Assembly (NCBI GenBank): GCA_022451835.1
Contig: JAKUNX010000002.1
Span: forward strand, 1 to 31,843
Origin: Candidatus Poseidoniaceae archaeon
GTDB lineage: Archaea; Thermoplasmatota; Poseidoniia; Poseidoniales; Poseidoniaceae
Length of the DNA stretch: 31,843 nt
Direction: 5' to 3'
The notes below the pieces were generated by a model. The model saw only the letters and a list, made by a program, of their open reading frames with translations, made no database searches and was not told the DNA's origin. The stretch's first letter is position 1. Every line of letters begins with the position of its first letter. Shown piece after piece: positions 26,970 through 31,843 of the stretch. The translations under genes were made by a program, and so were the position numbers.

Positions 26970-27929
26970 TCATTTATTCCATTGAGGGGGATATCTCTCC
27001 TGCTCCATTAAGATCATAGCAGGTTTACCTATTTCGCCATTAGTTGTTGAAGATATTTCAGTGAAATCTTTACTCATCTTAACGATACCAACAATTTCAT
27101 TTTTTGAAGTAAATGCTGCTACTTCAAGACCGCTTGACAATTTATCACTAACTTCTATCAATCCTGGTCTAAGCAAAGGCGCACCATGACAGAGAGCACT
27201 TGCTGCACTGTCTTTAACAATAATATATGGTTTATCAAGCAGTAATTTCTCTGTGGGATGGATAATTTTATTCATGGCTGTGGGATTATCACATTCTTTC
27301 CACAACCAAATAGCATCAGCAATTTGTTGTAGAGTAACGCAGTCTGCAAGAGTAAATCTGCCAGAATTTTCTCTTCTAAGTTCTTTTAGATTAACTTTGT
27401 AGCCAAGTAAAAGTCCCATGTCACGAGCAATTGTTCTAATATACGTACCAGCTTCACAAATTATTTTTACAATCGCTTCCTTATCTGCCAATTCAATCAA
27501 TTCAAAGTGATATATTTTCCTTGTTCGAACTTGAACTTTAACTGCAGAAATTTCAGGTGGGACATTGTAAATCCGCCCAGTTAGCTTGTTTATGACTTCA
27601 TTCAATTGTTCAGGATCTGGCTTTTCAGCAAATTTCAAAACCGCAATGTAAGTTTTATCGGTTTTCAAAATTCCTTTGGTCAATTTCATTGATTTGCCAG
27701 CCATCAAGGGTAATACTCCGGTAGCGAATGGGTCGAGAGTCCCACCATGTCCAAGTTTTTCTAATCCAAGTAAATCTCTAACCCAAGAAGCAATTTGATG
27801 GGAAGTGGGACCTGGTGGTTTATCTAAAAGTATGAAACCAGAAGCAAGGCGTTGTTCAATAGTCAAATTTTCAGGGTCTAGTCCGTGACTAGATGACTTT
27901 GATTCTTCCCCTAATCTAACTCTTGCCAT
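26970..27929 (-). CDS. cbf5: Cbf5 (TruB-family) pseudouridine synthase with PUA domain
   Basis: LDKPPGPTSHQ, GHGGTLDP (catalytic Asp), CEAGTYIRT, LRRENSGRF, and PUA segment SAASALCHGAPLLRPG. Confidence 0.95.
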   Translation of the reverse strand: MARVRLGEESKSSSHGLDPENLTIEQRLASGFILLDKPPGPTSHQIASWVRDLLGLEKLGHGGTLDPFATGVLPLMAGKSMKLTKGILKTDKTYIAVLKFAEKPDPEQLNEVINKLTGRIYNVPPEISAVKVQVRTRKIYHFELIELADKEAIVKIICEAGTYIRTIARDMGLLLGYKVNLKELRRENSGRFTLADCVTLQQIADAIWLWKECDNPTAMNKIIHPTEKLLLDKPYIIVKDSAASALCHGAPLLRPGLIEVSDKLSSGLEVAAFTSKNEIVGIVKMSKDFTEISSTTNGEIGKPAMILMEQERYPPQWNK

Positions 27930-28463
27930 CTAATAACCACCTAAAATTGCAATCACTTTTTCCAGTACTTGTTGTGCTGTTATATCTGTTGCATCAATAG
28001 TATGGGTATAAGGGGTCGGGTCATCAGGAATCAAATCGTACATTTTTTGATATCTTTCATTATCTACCATCAGCCTTTTTGCATTGGCTATTTTTGCTTC
28101 TTCAAGTGAAATACCTTCTCTATTAGTGACTCTGTTGGCTCTTTCATCCTCAGAAACGTTTAGCCAAATTCTAATGCAATCTCTTTCCATTTTGTATGCC
28201 CACCATCCTGCTAATCTTGATTCTACAATGTTAATTGAATCATCAGCAATGTGCTGCCTAAGTATATCATCCAATTGTAAATCTACAGATTCATCTTCAG
28301 AACAAATTTGTCCAAATTCTGCCAAACTAACTCCACGTTTTTTTGCTTCATTACGGAAGATTTCTCCCCCATTAATTGAATTCCATCCTAAATTATCTTT
28401 GAGCCCCTCAACGAGTGTTGATGTACCACTTCCAGGATGTCCAGAAATGGTAACTTTATTCAT
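27930..28463 (-). CDS. cmk: Archaeal cytidylate kinase
   Basis: ISGHPGSGTST P-loop, GEIFR, ESRLAGW and conserved synteny. ATG 28463 follows SD-like GGTGTGA. Confidence 0.92.
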   Translation of the reverse strand: MNKVTISGHPGSGTSTLVEGLKDNLGWNSINGGEIFRNEAKKRGVSLAEFGQICSEDESVDLQLDDILRQHIADDSINIVESRLAGWWAYKMERDCIRIWLNVSEDERANRVTNREGISLEEAKIANAKRLMVDNERYQKMYDLIPDDPTPYTHTIDATDITAQQVLEKVIAILGGY

Positions 28464-28465
28464 AA

Positions 28466-29392
28466 TCACACCCATTGGTGCCGGCAAACATCACATTTTT
28501 TCTTTCTTGGCCCAGCTTTACTTATCATGTCACTACCACATTCGGGACAAGTAAGGCCATCTACACTAGAATAGGCTTTTGATTTACTTTTAGTATTCTT
28601 AGGAGTCTCGGTCTTTTCAGTATTTTTCGGACTAGCCTTTTTCTTTGATTGAGACTTACTTCTCTGTCTTCTTCTTTGGGCGTTTTTGTCAACAGACTTT
28701 GATTGATTTGCAACTAAATGAAGCAAAGGCTCTTTCAGTTTTTCTCCCGAATTAACTACGGGATGACTTCTGTATCTAAACAACTTAATGTGCCTATCAA
28801 CAACTCTGCCAAAAGGTGCACTCATACAGATGTATGCACAAATCCATGCTGGGAAAAACAAAAACTTGTCAGATAATAGGTTCCATTCAGAGACCCAAGG
28901 AAGAGATACATAATCGACTCTAAAAGTTTCGACAGTCGTAGTCAGCCATGAAAAGACTGCGATAATTATGATCATGGTAAACATCATTGGTTTCATTGCA
29001 CCCATTTGCACTTTCAATTGCTCTGGCATCATTTGTTGTTGCATTATTGTTGCTTTTTCTTGCAATATTGGGTCACGTGAAATTCTTGCATCATTCATCA
29101 TTCTCCTAATCTGGCCTTGACGATGTCCAATGTGAGCCTGTTCAATAGGGTCTAGGAAAAAACTTCTCAATACCGTATTCATCAGCATAGAAAAAGTCCC
29201 GAGTATTAACACAGTCATGATAAAAAATGACTCTTCTGGTAGAACCGGTGACAAAATTGGATCAGCTATTCCACCCATAGTGGACCTAATTCCTGGATTC
29301 ATGATGAGTAAAGTCATCAAAACCATGACCATTAGCATCATCATCATCGAGCCACCAGGCGGCTGAGGTGGTGGAGTGTTACTGTTTGCCAT
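28466..29392 (-). CDS. DUF106 / EMC3-TMCO1 (Oxa1-superfamily) membrane protein with basic linker and C-terminal Zn ribbon
   Basis: Met-rich coiled segment (MQQQMMPEQLKVQMGAMKPMMFTM), W...Y...S motif (WICAYICMS), and the usual position upstream of cmk. The tail is CPECG...CDVC. Confidence 0.85.
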   Translation of the reverse strand: MANSNTPPPQPPGGSMMMMLMVMVLMTLLIMNPGIRSTMGGIADPILSPVLPEESFFIMTVLILGTFSMLMNTVLRSFFLDPIEQAHIGHRQGQIRRMMNDARISRDPILQEKATIMQQQMMPEQLKVQMGAMKPMMFTMIIIIAVFSWLTTTVETFRVDYVSLPWVSEWNLLSDKFLFFPAWICAYICMSAPFGRVVDRHIKLFRYRSHPVVNSGEKLKEPLLHLVANQSKSVDKNAQRRRQRSKSQSKKKASPKNTEKTETPKNTKSKSKAYSSVDGLTCPECGSDMISKAGPRKKKCDVCRHQWV

Positions 29393-29499
29393 AGTCGCCG
29401 TAATTTAACCAAGGGCATGAAGGTTGGCATTGATTTTTACCTAATCTAATCAATCATCGAGCCGTGATGTTCAAACCATGAACCATCATAGGTAGCCAC

Positions 29500-29922
29500 A
29501 TGCGCCGCAAAGAACCGCTTGAAGTCGACTCTAATTGGAAACATCCACTACCGATGCCAATGCCATTTCAGCCTGTTTGTGTGACTCAGTTAGAGGCGAT
29601 TGAACAAATCTCACTATTACCAAATCAACCAAGAGTATTCATGTGGACAGATGAGGAGAGACATTGTATCAATGGTTGGGAATTTTTGGCCAGTGTTAGA
29701 CAAGGAGTACCTCCACAAGGTATTGAGGCTGAACTAAATGCATGGATGGAACAGTATCCAGATGCTTGGCTTGCAGTAGATCTCAGAGATGGAATAATGC
29801 CGCCATCAACTACTATGCCGATTGAGAAATTTTTGTCTAGTATTCCTAGACAAGTAATCGTAATAGTATCTGGTGATTCTCAAAGCGAGGTTTGGCCAAA
29901 CTGGTCTTTGCCAACAAACTGA
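29500..29922 (+). CDS. Hypothetical alpha/beta protein (140 aa)
   Basis: Protein-like ORF with a TTCAAAC element 23 nt upstream of the ATG. Confidence 0.8.
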   Translation: MRRKEPLEVDSNWKHPLPMPMPFQPVCVTQLEAIEQISLLPNQPRVFMWTDEERHCINGWEFLASVRQGVPPQGIEAELNAWMEQYPDAWLAVDLRDGIMPPSTTMPIEKFLSSIPRQVIVIVSGDSQSEVWPNWSLPTN

Positions 29923-29930
29923 TTTTTGAT

Positions 29931-31843
29931 TCACAAGTCAGCGAAAGAAAATCCGCAGGTTGCACAAGTGTCAGCATCATCAGCACATGTTGTAGGACAA
30001 ACTGGGCATGCTTTTCCACCCTCAGGTGATTCACTTGCTTCTTCCACGACTTCTTCACTAGCTTCTGCTTCTTCAGCAGCTTCGGCTTCTTCAGCATCAT
30101 CACCGGTAGACTGGTCATTCCATGCCTTAGCAGCATCTTCAAGTTCAGCCTTCTTCAGATATCCATTATCATCAGCATCGAAATTTACTGCATGCTCTAC
30201 AAATGCATCTCTGTGAGCTACATCTATGTTATGAGCATCCATTACTCTTAACAAAACATCTTCTCTCCATGTAACCTTAGGCTTATCTTCAGATTCATCT
30301 GCAGCATCAGTTGTATCATCACTAGAAGATTCTTCTTCAACAGGATCTTCATCAGATATGGTTTCTGGTAAATCATCAGATTCAATTTCATCTCCAAAGT
30401 GTACACCGTGGAATTTATTCAAAATGTCACCATCAACTTCACCATTACCTTTTATTTCAAAGCAAACTTCCAACCTCTCACCCTTTCCTACCATTGGGAC
30501 CATCCAACTTGCTTGGGTTCCGGAGTCAACTTCTTCGGTGGTTATTTCACAATCATCGCGCTTTCCATTAGCACCCTTGATATACCAATCCTTAATTTCA
30601 AAATTAGTTGGAATTACATCATTGATATAGATGTCCTGCAATGCAGTGTCACCATTATTTTCAAACAAAATCAATACTTCGTAGCGACCTTTTCCACCTA
30701 GTGGAATTGCTTGCTTACCAGCGGAGAAATCTCTTCTATTGTGAATAACCTTAATCGATGGAGCATCAGCACAATCTCTACCACATACTGGTCCAAATCT
30801 TTCTGCACTGAATTCTGCTCTTAGCGGAGCAACTACTTTTTCATTCTGAGGAGATGGATCTGGAGAAATCAAATCATAAGTAATTGTGATTTCTTTACCA
30901 GGTTCTAATCCTAGGGGACCTCTTGTTCCGATGGTCATTGTCAATGTATGGCCATCTCCGTCAGGGGATTTATGCTCTTTCTCAAGAGTTATTCCACTGC
31001 TAATTTCTGCTTTGTACTGTTCTGGGTCTAGGTCTTTACCAGCAACACTGATTTTCATAGATTCTAGGTCTGGTGCCTCGAAAAGTCCAGGAATGTCATC
31101 GGTGATTCTCATCAAGTTGATGGTTGCAGAACCACTATTACCCAATGTTATTGAAACACCAACTTTTTGATTTCTGTATGATCTTAATCCAGTTGTTGAG
31201 TAACTCTTCTTGACATCTGCCTCAAGTACATCAAAGGAACTTTCTTGAAGCTTCATTGAACCTTCGGTAGATCTTACTGCATGAGGTAGGATTGTGTAAG
31301 ACAAGTCATAGGTGAAATCTGGCTCAGAAGTTGCTACAACAGTTCTTTCTTCAGATTCCCACTTGCCATTAGGTAGCACATCTTGCTCAACATCATGAAC
31401 ATCAAATAGCAACTCATTGCTACCTTTCATTCTAACCTGTAACTTGACTAGGTCGACAGCGAAAGATGAACGGTTTTCAAATATAGTTTTACAAATCCAG
31501 TTATCTGGTCTTTCATCTTCTCTCACTCTCATGTAAGTAAATCCTCGGCAGAATGCATCTAGTTCTCTAAAGTTCAAGTTAGATAGGGTTGATTCTGCGG
31601 TGTAAGTTGCAGATGCGGAACCTGCTTTGATAGTCTTGGTTCCAGTCACCACAATTCGTCCTTCTATTGCTAGAACCTGCTTTTCGCCAGCGGCTAGAGT
31701 GCCAACACTCCAAGCCAATGTACTTCCTTCAACAGTGGCGTCACCAGTGTTTTCAAAAGATATTTCACATGGAATTGGTCTCCTAACTTCAACGTTATCC
31801 AAACTTTCAGAAGATAAATTCTCATCCTCTATTTCAAGAGCAA
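29931..31843 (-). CDS. Multi-domain beta-sandwich protein (DUF11-like or mu-homology-like modules) with EF-hand, acidic linkers and C-terminal Zn ribbon; 5' partial
   Basis: The frame is open to the window edge (...ALEIEDENLSSESLDNVEV), so the track's start at 31802 is not real. Ig-like motifs N.G...I.D.IP, EF loop DADDNGYLKKAE, and CPVC...CATC. Confidence 0.88.
   Translation of the reverse strand, partial: ALEIEDENLSSESLDNVEVRRPIPCEISFENTGDATVEGSTLAWSVGTLAAGEKQVLAIEGRIVVTGTKTIKAGSASATYTAESTLSNLNFRELDAFCRGFTYMRVREDERPDNWICKTIFENRSSFAVDLVKLQVRMKGSNELLFDVHDVEQDVLPNGKWESEERTVVATSEPDFTYDLSYTILPHAVRSTEGSMKLQESSFDVLEADVKKSYSTTGLRSYRNQKVGVSITLGNSGSATINLMRITDDIPGLFEAPDLESMKISVAGKDLDPEQYKAEISSGITLEKEHKSPDGDGHTLTMTIGTRGPLGLEPGKEITITYDLISPDPSPQNEKVVAPLRAEFSAERFGPVCGRDCADAPSIKVIHNRRDFSAGKQAIPLGGKGRYEVLILFENNGDTALQDIYINDVIPTNFEIKDWYIKGANGKRDDCEITTEEVDSGTQASWMVPMVGKGERLEVCFEIKGNGEVDGDILNKFHGVHFGDEIESDDLPETISDEDPVEEESSSDDTTDAADESEDKPKVTWREDVLLRVMDAHNIDVAHRDAFVEHAVNFDADDNGYLKKAELEDAAKAWNDQSTGDDAEEAEAAEEAEASEEVVEEASESPEGGKACPVCPTTCADDADTCATCGFSFADL

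Noticed and set aside
30061-30101. Short direct repeat GCTTCTTCAGCA x2 (18-nt period)
   Set aside because: It encodes the Ala/Glu low-complexity linker and is not a CRISPR or mobile-element repeat.
370-31170. Numerous 60-165 aa antisense or alternate-frame ORFs in the track (e.g. 370..864, 4036..4275, 9859..10332, 12750..13019, 28084..28554, 29846..30142)
   Set aside because: They lie within well-supported genes, have no recognisable motifs, and have the composition of shadow ORFs.
19186-31843. HEAT protein plus mu-like protein as one coat/adaptor operon
   Set aside because: They are about 10 kb apart, on opposite strands and separated by housekeeping genes. No longin or small GTPase gene is visible.
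1-31843. CRISPR arrays, transposases, inteins, introns, frameshifted pseudogenes, stop-codon recoding
   Set aside because: None seen. The recognisable enzymes are full-length and uninterrupted, with catalytic residues intact.

Overview
Compact, AT-rich (mid-30s % GC by eye) archaeal core-genome window, most consistent with Marine Group II (Ca. Poseidoniales, Thermoplasmata). The assignment is inferred from gene content: archaeal rpoL, aEF-1beta, Cbf5 and cmk, a DUF106-cmk-cbf5 block without L34e/L14e, two MMPL/RND transporters, CARDB surface proteins, and bacterial-type RibA and DeaD. I support about 31 CDS (both end genes run off the window), an RNase P RNA and tRNA-His(GUG). I see no mobile element, integrase or CRISPR array. 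The ORF track misses the RNase P RNA, the tRNA, a 56-aa DUF1610 Zn-finger gene and a probable 21-aa peptide gene. Best leads: (1) a partial protein at the right edge whose first module aligns by eye with the adaptin mu-homology domain, followed by Ig-like modules, an EF-hand and a Zn ribbon; (2) a candidate mini transcription unit (promoter, 12-bp palindrome, SD-like site, 21-aa acidic peptide) in the largest intergenic gap; (3) a non-canonical TT[C/G]A[A/T][A/G]-type TATA element 22-23 nt before many start codons; (4) a shared ~50-nt promoter/leader motif before two small genes that head translation/RNA-related units; (5) a thioredoxin-VKOR-His-motif protein operon and an archaeosortase with no known sorting signal. 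All family calls are motif recognition by eye; no searches were run.
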